NCBI GenBank assembly: GCA_043228905.1
Contig: JBHGNT010000004.1
Coordinates: forward strand, 15,314,001-15,378,000
Direction of reading: 5' to 3'
Source: Azolla caroliniana
Taxonomy: Eukaryota; Plantae; Polypodiophyta
DNA length: 64,000 nt
The notes under the pieces: model-generated
What the model was told of the DNA's origin: nothing
Seen by the model: only the letters and a program-made list of their open reading frames with translations
Database searches by the model: none
Shown here: positions 14,399-27,125 of the stretch, piece by piece
How positions within the stretch are numbered: position 1 is the stretch's first letter
How the letters are laid out: each line of letters begins with the position of its first letter
Made by a program: the position numbers and the translations under genes

Positions 14399-17300
14399 CT
14401 ACTTCAAAAGATTGCACTCTTGCAATATAAAGTGAGGAAATTGTGCCTTAAGCGAATGCTCGCGTTCCCATGTGGCATCATCAATAGGTTTATCCATCCA
14501 TTTGATCTTGAATAGCCGAATCTCTTTAGAACGTAAACGTTTAGTACGAGAATCAAGAATTCGTTCAGGAACATGAGGTTTGTAAGAAAAATCCTCTAAT
14601 GTTACAAGATCTTGGATTGTGATGGTGTTATCACCAGAGCCTAAAAATGGTTTTAGACGACTGACGTGAAAAACAGGATGAATACCAACGTTACGAGGTA
14701 AGGCAAGGTGATAAGCAGATGACCCAACTCGCTTAAGGATTTCAAATGGGCCACAATATCGTGGGGCTAACTTAGCGCACTTGCCCGTAGATAATGACGT
14801 AGAATCAGTCGGGACACGCAAAAAAACTTTTTGACCAATAGTAAATGCACGAGGACGTCTATCCTGATCAGCATAAAATCGAGCACGATCTTGAGCTGTC
14901 TTGACATTTTCTTTGGCAATATGCAACATTTGGTTCATGTCTTGCAAAAAATTGCGTGTACTGTCTAATGTATCACGATGAATCGTGACATCAACTGGGG
15001 CACGTGGCTGAAAACCATACATCAACATAAAAGGACTATATCCAGTGGATGTATGTTTAGAGCTATTATAGGCAAATTCTAAGATAGGAAGGTATTGCTC
15101 CCACTTAGAAGGGGTTTTTGCTACATAAGCTCGAAGCATGTCCTCAATAATTTGATTAACTCGTTCAGTTTGTCCATCAGACTGAGGATGATCTGCGGAA
15201 CTCATGCTCAACGTAGTTTCTAGTTTCTTAAAGACCTGAGTCCAAAAGTCACTAGTAAACTTGGAATCTCGATCACTAACAATATCCATCGGTAATCCAT
15301 AAAAACGAAATAACTCATCAACAAATTGATAAGCCAACTGTTGAGCGGTTACCGTGGTTTTTGTAGGAATAAATCTAGCTAATTTTGTTAGCCTGTCAAC
15401 GACAACCCATATGGCATCATGACCCCTCTGTGTACGAGGTAAACTAACAATAAAATCCATCGAGATACTTTCCCATTTATTGTTGGGAATATCTAAGGGA
15501 TGTAAAAGACCAGCAGCTTTAAGTCGTTCCGACTTATTAATCTGACATTGTAAGCATTGAGTTACGTATTTATGCACGTCAGAGCGCATCTTAGGCCAGA
15601 AAAAAGTACACGAGATGAGAACGAGTGTGCATTGTATTCCAGGATGACCAGCAGATGGTGCATCATGACATTCATGAAAAATTTTCTGTTTAACATTTGG
15701 TAAATCTGGAACACAGACCTTTCCACTACGGTAGAGCAAACCGTTTGTAATGTGAAAGGTCGCCTTCGAGGGTAGGGTGCTAGTATTGGCATCTAAACCA
15801 GATTCGGCTTTCGTCCAGTATTTTGAGAAATAACTGTCATCAAGGTATTTCCCTCGAAGGTGATCTAAAAGATCAGATTTTATTTCCGTGAAGCTAAGCA
15901 TGTTAACTTCTTTAATGCGACTAAGAGCATCAGCAACGGTGTTCATAGAACCCTTGCGATATCGTATGGAAAAATCAAAATCTTGCATAAGGTCAGCCCA
16001 ACGGCCTTTACGACCAACAAGATCGGGCTGGTCACAAAAATACTTTAATGATTGATGGTCTGTTGTAACCACAAATTTATTTCCATAGAGATAGTGCCTC
16101 CATGTTTTAAGTGCGTGTATCACCGCAAACAACTCTTTCTCTTGAACCGAATACCGAGATTGAGCAGCATCAAGCTTCTTACTTTCAAAAGCAATAGGGT
16201 GACCACCTTGATAAAGAACGGCACCAATAGCATAATCACTAGCATCGGTTTCAATTGAGAAAGGCTTAGAAGGGTCTGGTAATAGAAGAGTGGGAGCCTA
16301 ACACACATGCTCCTTGAGTGTCTCAAATGATTTGTCAAGTTGTTCATTCCATGAAATTGGTTTGACAGACTTACGTGGATGACCTTTTAAAAGGTCAGTT
16401 AATGGCGTAGTCAATTTGGAATAGTTACGAATTGATTTTCGTAAAAATCCAACAAACCCTAAGAATGATCTAAGTTCACGAATATTACGAGGAATGGGCC
16501 AAAGTTTAACCTTTTCAATACGAGAAGGTTCAATTTCAACGCCATTTTCTGTAATTAAATGACCTAGGTACACAATAGATTTTTGGAAGAAGTCACCTTT
16601 TGAATGTTTTGCATAGAAAGAGTTGTCACGCAACTTTCGCAAAACAAATCGAACATGTTGAACATGATCTTGCAAGGTACGGCTATATATCAAAATATCA
16701 TCCAAGAAGACGACAACAAAATCACCGAGTTGATCTCGGAAAACATCATTCATCGCTTGTTGGAATGTGGCTGGAGCATTAGTCAACCCAAACGGCATGA
16801 CTAAAAACTCATAATGGCCATAGCGCGTACGAAAAGCGGTTTTAGGAATATCATCCTCGACGATGCGAATCTGATGATAACCAGTTCGTAAGTCAATTTT
16901 CGTAAAATATCGAGCCCCGTGCAAACGATCAATCAAATCATCGGCACGAGGTAATGGATATGCATTCTTAATTGTCATTTTATTCAAACGGCGATAATTG
17001 ATACACATTCGCCACGAACCTTCCTTCTTCTTGACTAATAGAACTGGCGCACCCCAAGGTGATTTACTATACCTAATGTGGCCCATACTCAAGTATGCCT
17101 TAAGTTGTTTAGCGATCTCATCCTCTTCTAATCGACTAAGTCGGTAAGGTGGAATGCTCACAGGAGCAGCCCCAGGGATGAGTTCAATTTGATGGTCCAC
17201 ATTACGTTTAGGTGGTAAAGTAAGCGGTAATTCAGTAGGAAACACATCTTGAAAATCCTCTAAAATAGAGTCGAGTAATCGTTGCTCAAAATGTGGTAAT

Positions 17301-18802
17301 TGTGTGGCGTCAATATTAAAATAATAAAATTGAACCGCAGGATCAATTACACACGAATAAATTAATGAACTAGAATACTCACTTAAAGATTTAGAAGACA
17401 CAAGTGAATGAGAAGGAAGTTTGGAACATTGAATAAAATGTTTACAATTATTAAGTTCAAATGTGATTGAGTGATTAACCCAATCAATGGACAAAGAAGG
17501 GTTTTTATTAAAAAACCAAGGATATCCTAAAATGACATCTGCGGATTGTAATTTCATAACATGAAAGTCAAGCTTCTCCAAATAAGTATCTATTTGAATT
17601 GGCAGTTGACAAACAATGCCACTGATGTATTGAACGTTTCCATTTGCCATGTGAACTTGATAGATATGATCACTTGCGTTTATGTGGAGCTCCATTTGCT
17701 GCACAAAGTGATCATTAAGAAAATTGTGAGAACTACCGGAATCGAACAAGAAATGTGCTTGTGTTCCATTGATATATCCGACTGCTCGGAGTAAATCATT
17801 AGGTCCAAGTAAATGTGAAGGAAAAGTGCATTCACATAAACTTAAGTGATTGGTATGAACTTCAACAATATCAAAAGACTCACCTGTGTGACTCGTAGAT
17901 TTGTCTTGAGGAGGGGTGTTCATTGACTTCCTCTCAAGACGACGACAGGTATCCTTTGTGTGGCCCCGCTTCTTGCAATATGCACAGAAGAGGTTCGGTT
18001 TCTTTGAGTCGCGGTCAAGAGTGTCACTGGATTGCTTACGTTTCCCAATGAACTTGACATTCGGAGTTTTGGCGAACTCAGGTTTATTGTGGTCTTTCTT
18101 GGAAGTCCTATGGTATCGCAGCACAATGTTGACGGCTTCCTCGAAAGTTGTGGGGTCCTTGTCATGGACAATCCAATGATAATCCCCATTGGGAATACCA
18201 TTCAAAAAACAAGCGACAAACCATTTCTCACCCGTAAGTCCCGATTTTTGGATCTGGGTCCGAGCGTGATGCACATAATCCTCGAGAGAGGTAAATGGCT
18301 TACTAGACAATGTGAGCAAGTGTTGCACTTGTTCGGTTTGAGAAGGTGGCTGCAAGAATTGTTTCTTAAAAACATCAACGAAACCTTCCCAAGTTGTGGG
18401 TAAGTTTTTTGCGGTCCTTAGGCCACGCCACCAAGCAGCAGCTCGGCCACCTAACTCACGACCGACATAACCAATTTTTACTGCATCAGGCTTGGGATGA
18501 AGCTCAAAGTGAGACTCCCAACGACCAAGCCAAGTGCTAATGGCCTCCTCGGTTCTTTCTTTCTTATCTCCCTTGAAAGGCGTGACTACGAAGGAAGGTT
18601 CACCTTCTTTCTTGGACTCAATAGTTAATTCTTGGAATTTCTTTTCCAATGCCATATTGGCCTGTCTCATTTCGGCCAATTGATTCAAGGTAGTAGTGAG
18701 CAATTCCTCAATAGTGATCTCAGCTTGTGTGCAAGATGCGGATTGGGGTTGAGAGGTCTCATTTGGAGAGATCGTTCCAACTGCGTTCAAAACTTGTTCC
18801 AT
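14399..18802 (-). pseudogene. gag-pol polyprotein (gag, Zn knuckle, protease, RT, RNase H, integrase, chromodomain) with one in-frame TAG
   Basis: ORFs 16298-18802 and 14399-16132 share a frame, and the sequence between them translates as APTLLLPDPSKPFSIETDASDYAIGAVL. Motifs LFDSGSS, VFLDD, HPQSDGQTER, KIKW...ATWE. Confidence 0.93.
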
Positions 18803-19799
18803 GATGCACGCTGTGGGTATGCAATAAAATAAGGAGGTTCAGAAAATACACAAGCAAAATGAATGCTTGAAATTTTGATTGAAAGAACTTTATCCAAGAA
18901 AGTATCTCATGTCTTTACCCCTCTAGACATATGAGATGTGATTCGAGATCCGATAACTATGGTAACACTATGGTGTTTTAAAAACCATGGGGGAAAACAT
19001 AGCTAAGATGTATTTCTCGGATCTCTATCTTGAGTAATCATGGCGGCTCCCCGAGGCTCAACCATGGTTCTTACATCAATGAAATTTCCTAGATAGCCTT
19101 ATATTAATGCCAACCCATCATGTATTATATGGTCGAGAAAGTGTATTACGTGAAAAAACAAGTGCACTCACAAGTAATATTCTAGTCTTGCGAGCAATAA
19201 GCAAACGTGATGATAAAATGATAAAATAAGGCACTACTCATAAGAGTTAAGTAGTGACGAAAACAAGGGTAAAAAAAAAAAAAAAGAACCCATGTGTTAC
19301 CTACGAAAAAAACAATGTCACAAATAAATGGGAAGTGCAAGGTATGCACATATACATCCCAATATGATTGTTATAACTTGCACAATTGTGACATAAGCCA
19401 CAAATTGATACAAGTGATGACGGTGTTGTGCGCAAAGATGTAATACTCAAATCCATGAGTAAAACATCAATAAGGGAACTCATATGGTTTTACTCGTTTC
19501 CTAAGGCTTGATGATAAGAGTTAAACCTAGATGAACCGTTGAAAAAAAAAAATCGTTCAACAAGCCACTCCATACGAAAAAAATAGTCTACACGTAAAGG
19601 TTACATTAAAAATAAACGATGTAAATACTTTATACATGAAAAGGAAGTGGAAAAAGGAGAGTTAATTGTGGGCGGGTAAATAATAATTACTAGAAAATCA
19701 TATAAGTGAAAGAATACTTATGAAATTAAAATTTAATTAGAATAATCAACAATTAGGTGTATGGAATCAAACATGCCCTAAGATACGAAACCCTAGGGT

Positions 19800-20060
19800 A
19801 GTTGACATGCACCTCCTCAAGACCACCACATATCCCTAGAATCGGCCAAGTAATGGCTAATTAAAGAGGAAAGTGGCATAGGTAAGTGACATATACCTCG
19901 TCAAGGCCACATCATCCCTTAGAATCGGCCAATTGATGGCTAATTAAAAAGGAAAGTGGCATATGTAAGCTACATATACCTTGTCAAGGCCACAACATCC
20001 CTTAGAATCGGCCAAGTGATGGCTCAATAGAGGGGAAGAGTGGTATACTCAACATCATAT
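19800..20060. repeat. ~82-bp tandem repeat, about 3 copies, in the inner element leader
   Basis: TAGAATCGGCCAA..ATGGCT..GGAA..GTGG recurs at ~19837, ~19920 and ~20003. Confidence 0.85.
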
Positions 20061-22692
20061 GCAAAACGGCCATGAGATAAGCGTGTGCGATTAGAGCAAA
20101 CACGCTCGATCCAATGCACAAGAATAATTATTATCGTAAGAGTTCAAGAGAGGAGAGAGTGGGATATATATCGCAATATGCAAAAGCCATGAGTTGAGTG
20201 TGTGCGATTAGTGCAAACACGCTCGGCCCGATGCATAATAATAAGTAAAATCGTAGCGTAGTAGGAGGTAGAAAGAAAGAGAATAAAACGTAATACCAAT
20301 TCAATTCGACCATAAAGAACGCATAATAGAAAAAGAGAAGAGATCAAAAAAGAAGAATACCGGGTTTAGAGTGTTGTTTTGATCCTGAGAAGAGCATGAC
20401 GAGCCTTGTTAGATCCCCCTCGCTCACACGCAAAAAACATCAAAACAACAAAAAAATTGTTAGTAAAAGCTCTGATACCACTGTTAAGAGTTTATTACTA
20501 ATCAATAGACCAAATCAAGTAAAAAGGAAGAAAATAGATTGGATAGAAGAACCCGTTCCACCCGACCACCCCCGAGCTATGATCTAGACATAGCCAACCT
20601 ACCACCGACGTCCCATACCGCCGGATATTAGGATGACTAATACCTTGGAAGAGATAAACACGATCGTCGAGACGAAAGCCTAGCCCGCACCACAGGTGTC
20701 TACGACAGCAGCCTTCCGACGTGATGATCCCTATGAGGGTAGCTAAGCCTCATATTTATACCTTTTCCTAGGCCCCTTGAATAGATGTGCCTTTCTAAAA
20801 GGCTCTCTATTCATTGGTTGTCTAAATCATGATAGTGCATGCACATATCATTCATTCTATCCAATCATTAGTCCCCTTTTTAATAATAGTGAACATACCC
20901 TTCACTAATGTAAATATTAGTGACCTACCCTCACCAACGTTATGTGTACATAACAGCATCTTAGGCCAATAAAATTGAGTAGAGATGAGAACGAGTGTAC
21001 GATGTATTCCAGGGTGCCCTGCTGAGGGTGCATCATGGCATTCAAAAAGAATCCTCTTTTTTACCTCGGGTAAATCTGGAACACAAACCTTCCCATTACG
21101 GAAGAGCAAACCATTAGCAATGTGGAAGTACTCCTTCGAGGATGTGGTGGTGTTTGTTCCAGACTCAACTCTTGCCCAGTATTTTGCGAAATAATTGTTA
21201 TCAGGATACTTTCCTCGAAGGTGATCATAAAGATCTGATGATATTTCAGTGAAGCTAAGCATGTTAACTTCACGGATGCGACTTAGTGCATCAATGATAG
21301 TGTTCATGGAACCTTTACGATATCGTATGGAAAAATCAAAGTCCTGGATGAGATCAACCCATCGTGCCTTACGACCTTTCAGGTCTTGTTGGTCACAAAA
21401 ATATTTCAAGGACTCGTGGTCCGTAGTTACCACAAAGCGATTTCCATAAAGATAATGGCACCACGTTTTGAGCGCATGTATAACTGCAAATAATTCCTTT
21501 TCTTGAACAGTATACCGACATTGAGCAGAATCAAGTTTCTTACTCTCGAATGCTATTGGTTTACCATCTTGATATAAGACAGCACCTATAGCATAATCGT
21601 TTGCATCGGTTTCAACCTCAAAAGGATTTGAAGGATCATGTAAAAGAAGTGAAGGAGCCTTGCACACCAGGTCCTTGAGTTCCTTAAAGGCAAGGTCTAG
21701 TGTAGCATTCTAGACAATAGGTTTTGTAGACTTACGCGTTTGACCTTTTAAAAGATCAGTAAACGGCGTCGTCAATTGGGAGTAATTACGAAGGGATTTT
21801 CGCAAAAACCCGACAAAACCAAGGAATGATCGAACTTCTCGAATATTCCGAAGAGTGGACCAAAGCTTGATTTTCTCGATGCGAGAAGGATCAATTTCAA
21901 CTCCTCGTTCGGTTATGAGATGTCCAAGATAAGTAATTGATTTCTTGAAGAACTCACATTTTGAGATCTTCGCGTAAAATTGTTTGTCACACAATGTTTG
22001 TAAAACAAAGCGGACATGTTTAGTATGTTCGTGTAATGTACAACTATAAACTAAAATATTACCCAAGAAAATAACAACAAATTTTCCAAGTTGTTCTCAG
22101 AAAATGTCATTCATTTCTTGTTGAAATGTAGCCGGAGCATTGGTCAAACCAAAAGGCATAACCAGAAACTCATAATGGCCATAGCGCGTACGAAATGTCG
22201 TTTTAGGAACATCCTCCTCACTTATACGAATTTGATGGTAGCCAGTACGGAGATCAAGTTTCGTAAAATACCGAGCTCCCTGGAGACGGTCAATTAGATC
22301 ATCAGCCTGGGGCAATGGATACGAATTCTTGATTGTCACTTTATTCAAGCATCGGTAATTAATACACATATGCCATGTGCCCTCTTTCTTTTTAACCAAG
22401 AGAACTGGTGCACCCCATAAAGATTTACTATAACGTATATAACCCATTCGTAAATAATCCTTGAGTTGCTTAGATACCTCATCCTCTTCGGATCGACTTA
22501 AGCGATAAGGAGGTATACTTATCCGTGCAATGCCAGGTACAATATCTATACGATAGTCTATATTACGTTTAGGAGGTAACCCATCTGGTAGTTCACTTGG
22601 AAAAACATCACGAAAATCATTTAAGATTTCATCAAATTGTTGTTGTTCAAAATATGTTAATTGAACCGAGACATTATCAATATTGTAAACGT

Positions 22693-23504
22693 TGTCGTAG
22701 TGTAATTTACACACTACGAGGAAATTGCATTTTGTCCATCTGGGTAGAGAATGAAATACCCAGTGAGAACCGGACAAAGAGGAACCGGCAAGGAGGAATC
22801 GGCAAGGAAGAGCCAGATGAAGAAGGCCGGTGAGAGTCTTACGGGATGAAGAGACACAATTGTAAATAAAAGAAACATTAAAATTTTTGTTACGTGCATA
22901 AGGCAAGATTCAAACCCTACACCTCCACGCAAACAAACTTCAACCTTATCATTATACTAGCTTATTCTAAGTGCTTTAAACCTAGATTTAATACATATAA
23001 AACCTTTATTTTCACCTACCTTTATTAAAAGGTAAGCCATGCATTTTTAGAATGCGTGAAACCTTTATTTATATGCACACTAATAAAAATTCTCATGCAC
23101 ATCTAGCGGGCATGAATGCTAAATTTAGGAAATCGTAGTGGGAAAAGTAAAGCATGCAAATTTAGAGAGCATGAACACTTTAGAAAAGCAAGAAGCTATG
23201 CTTAGCCTCTTCCGTCCTTATATAAGGAGGAGAGAAAGATGTATAAGCGTTAGTTATTTTTTTGGATTAAGTATTGATCAATATAAAAATTATTCATGGG
23301 ATTCACGATTTATGCATCTACTTCTTCCTTAACAACCTAAGTACCAATTAATATAGTATACTCGTGTGATTCACGAGTTTCTTATCTTTCTCTTCGCTAT
23401 CTACTCATAATTAATCTCTATCTCACGATCTCCTTTCTCCTAGTCCAAAACCCCAACGGTTCCCACCCGACTCACGTAACGATCCGGCGCCGAGAGGCAT
23501 GACA
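22693..23504 (+). mobile_element. Solo LTR (812 bp) with a 4-bp TSD, probably related to the Trp-primed Gypsy family
   Basis: Termini TGTCGT...ATGACA; ACGT at 22689-22692 and 23505-23508. Removing the insert restores the host frame DPVIHVYNIDN. Confidence 0.85.
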
Positions 23505-26194
23505 ACGTGAATGACCGGATCAAGTACACAATAAAATAGAGTAGAACAAGATAACTCGGATATTGATGGACATGAGGAAACAATCAAGAGGGATTGTTTT
23601 TTGACACATTGAATAAAATGAGTACAGTTGTTCAGTACAAATGTAATTGAATGATGAACCCAATCAATAGATAAAGAAGAGTTTTTATTATAAAACCAGG
23701 GATAACCCAGTATTACATTAGTGGTACAAAGATTCATTACATGGAAGTCTACTTCCTCTATATAAGTATCAATAGAAATTCCTAATGAATGAATCGCCCC
23801 GTTGATGTATTGTACTCTTCCATCAGCCAAGTGCACCGTATAGGTGTGATCACTTACGGTAGGTTGGATTCCCCATATCTGAACCAAACGATCATTCACA
23901 AAGTTGTGTGAGCTTCCTGAATCAAACAAAAATTGTACGGGAGATTCATTGATATACCCGTTTGCACATAGTAAATCATTGGGACCCAATACACAGTGAG
24001 GGAAAGAACATTGACAATTACTTAAATGATGTGTATAGACCTGAAGGACATTAGGAATCTGACCTTTATGGTCTGCAACTTTAGCTTTGTTGTCGTGCTC
24101 TTTCCGTTGGAGCTTTCGACATTGCTCTTTTCTATGACCCTTCTTTTTGCAAAATACGCAAAAAGGATGTTGTCGCTTACAATCGAGATCCATGAATTCG
24201 TCAAGTGTCTTGCATTTCCCAGCGAATTGCGACTGCTTAGTCCCATGCACTTTGTTGGGTTTGTTGTGGTCCTTCTTCGAAGTGTGTTGATAGCGAAGAA
24301 CTATTTCAACGGCCTCTTCGAAGGATTTTGGATCCTTATCGTGCACTATCCAATGATAGTCCAAATTGGGGATGCCATTGACAAAACAAGCTATTAACCA
24401 ATTGTCCCCTTCTAGACCCGACTTTTGGATTTGGGTTCTAGCATGGTGGACATAGTCTTCTAGCGAGGAAAACTTCCTGCTATAGAGGTTCATTAAAGCT
24501 TGTGCTGCCTCGGTTCGAGAGGGAGGTTGCAGAAATTGGCCCTTGAAAACTGTGACAAAATCTGTCCAAGTATTAGGCAATTTCCCCAAAGTACAGAGCC
24601 CATGCCACCAGGCGGCGACCTTATCCCCTAGTTCTCGGCCGACATATGCAATCTTCATACTATCTGGCATGGGATAGAGCTCAAAATGAGGCTCCCATCG
24701 GCCTAGCCACGTGGAGATTGCTTCTTCGATTCTTTCCTTTTTTTCTCCCGTAAATGGCTTAACAACAAACGATGGTTCACCCTGTCGCTCATCAGGTCTA
24801 TTAGTCTCATGTTGTAAACTAATGACACGTGCCTCGAGTGCACTTTGAGATTGCTGAATTTCGGTCATCTGTTGAGCGGTGAAACTAAGGTATTGGGTTA
24901 TTTGTGAAAAATACATCTCAATGGACATTTGTCCAGGAGGATTCCCTTGAGTTCCTTCCGCTTGAGCGGATGACATCGGGTCGTTATTTTGAGCCATTAA
25001 ATGATTATTTCTAGAAAAGAAATAGGATAAGGTCAGAGAGATAGTCATAACATCATGTTGTGATATAAACATATCATGGGTGAACATTAATCAATATCAT
25101 TATCTCACGTCAATACCCCTCTAGACGTATGAGATGAGGTTCAATATCAGGTTACTATGGTAACACAAAGGTGTTTTAAAAACCATGGGGGTGACAAATA
25201 AATGTCTTTCCCTAATCTCTATATCGATTTTTTCATGGCGGCTCCCCGAGGCTCAACCATGTATGTTCGCGTCATGAATAGTTTATACACGAAAAAAAAT
25301 GTTAACAATAAACTATGTTTCGGTGCCCACATATGTGGTTTCGGCTCTTTAAGTCCTATTACGAGGACCCCGAAGTGCACTTAGACCTCAAGTCTAAACA
25401 TGTGTTATAGTCATATGTATCAACGATGTTGTATGGTCTTGGGCATATTTGAACTCGAGACCTCGAGAACAAATGCATTAAACACTTGAGCCAACCAAGT
25501 AAGTTGCTCTTCTTGAATGTTTAATGTTTCATGCGTATAAGAGATATGTGAGGCATTTGCCCACATATGTTTTTTTAAAAGAAACATATATGTCAAGAGT
25601 CCTTATTTCGCCCTCATTTACTACAACTATGTTGGTACGTTACCTAACCTCAAGTCTCGTAATTACGATGGCATACGCCAAAGTGCAACCTAATGGTCAA
25701 GCCAAATGAGCCCTCTTTTTGTAGTAGGCATACATGGTCCATCACATGGTCACGTCATTACGAATGCCTCTCGTAAGAATGATCTCATGGTGGCATCGTA
25801 TCCATGTAATGAGGGAGGGATGTTGGATACGTGTGTCACAGCAGCGACCTCACATGAAGTGGGTCAAGCCCTACGTACTCAACATCATTATGGCTATAGG
25901 CGTTTCTTTACGTAACGAAATATCGAAGTCACCAACGGGGATTTCAACAATAAAAAATTGTTGAAAAAAGGGATGGTGACAATGTGATTCTCACAAAAAT
26001 GTGAGGACGGCCACCAGGATCCTTTCCCCGAAAAGGAAAACATTCGATTTAAAATCACGTAATAACTTATATACACATATGTATATTATCACATATATAC
26101 GATCAACTACGTATACACGTGACCACATATGCCTATATTAAACAAATCGTTATATTTAATAGCCAAAAATGACGTTTAATCGAGATATGTAATC

Positions 26195-26437
26195 GAGGCA
26201 TATACCTCTACACACACGAGACATCCAAAAATAAGGGTTAATCATAATACGCAATTGAGGTATTGACCTCTTACGCATACGAAAACAAACGCATATCATT
26301 TACAACGAATCGAGGTATTGACCTCATACGCAAATGTAACATATGTTTGTGAACGTAGTACGCAATTGAGGTATTAACCTTGTGCGCATACGACACTCAT
26401 CACATATTCAATATACATCAAATGAGGTATTGACCTC
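26195..26437. repeat. Array of five GAGGTATTGACCTC-type palindromic motifs, period ~56 bp
   Basis: Copies start at 26195, 26257, 26312, 26368 and 26424. Confidence 0.85.
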
Positions 26438-26885
26438 GTACACATATGTAAACGTTTTATATAACCAATTAATTACCACTACAACATCATTGAATCTATA
26501 AAAAAAATTACATATTAACCATACACATGATTAAATTGGGAGAAGAAAGAATGGAAAAAACAAGAAAGATTACCGAAGTTCCTTTGTTGATCCTTGTCTG
26601 CATGAAGGCCGACCGCACGTAGATCGATCGCCATCAATCAAGAACACAAAACACAACAAAAGAAACATTAGAAAATGAGCTCAGATACCAATTGTTAGAG
26701 ACATAGACTAATGTAAGCATGAGATAAGGATAGAAAATAGATAAATAGATAGAAAGGAGAGAGAGAAAGAAGGGTGCCGATCCACCCGACCACCCCCGAG
26801 CGAAGGGATCGAGACGGACTCGAGCCTCGATCGGCGTCCCATACCACCGTCGTGGCGTTGAGTCATACATGGTGCTGGCGCGCTC

Positions 26886-27125
26886 GCTACAAGAGTTGAC
26901 CCACCACAAGACAGAGTCTCAACGTAGTCAACCAGATAAAGAAATGAGGGTAGCTAGGCCTCTTATTTATAGCGATACCCAAGGCCCCCAACCATGTTCA
27001 CACTTGCTACAAGAGTTGACCCACCACAAGACAGAGTCTCAACGTAGTCAACCAGATAAAGAAATGAGGGTAGCTAGGCCTCTTATTTATAGCGATACCC
27101 AAGGCCCCCAACCATGTTCACACTT
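26886..27125. repeat. 120-bp tandem duplication inside the outer element 5' LTR
   Basis: Two apparently identical copies 120 bp apart. The partner LTR has one copy (457 vs 577 bp). Confidence 0.95.

Larger units (their letters stand above)
13918..20955 (-). mobile_element. Full-length, very young chromoviral Ty3/Gypsy ('inner')
   Basis: 474-bp LTRs at 13918-14391 and 20482-20955, with only one difference that I could see. Perfect TSD GCATC; PBS TGGTATCAGAGC at 20469-20480; PPT at ~14393-14402. Confidence 0.97.

Noticed and set aside
26195-26437. CRISPR-like repeat-spacer look
   Set aside because: Eukaryotic retrotransposon leader; the motif is only 14 bp; spacers are partly related to each other; no cas genes.
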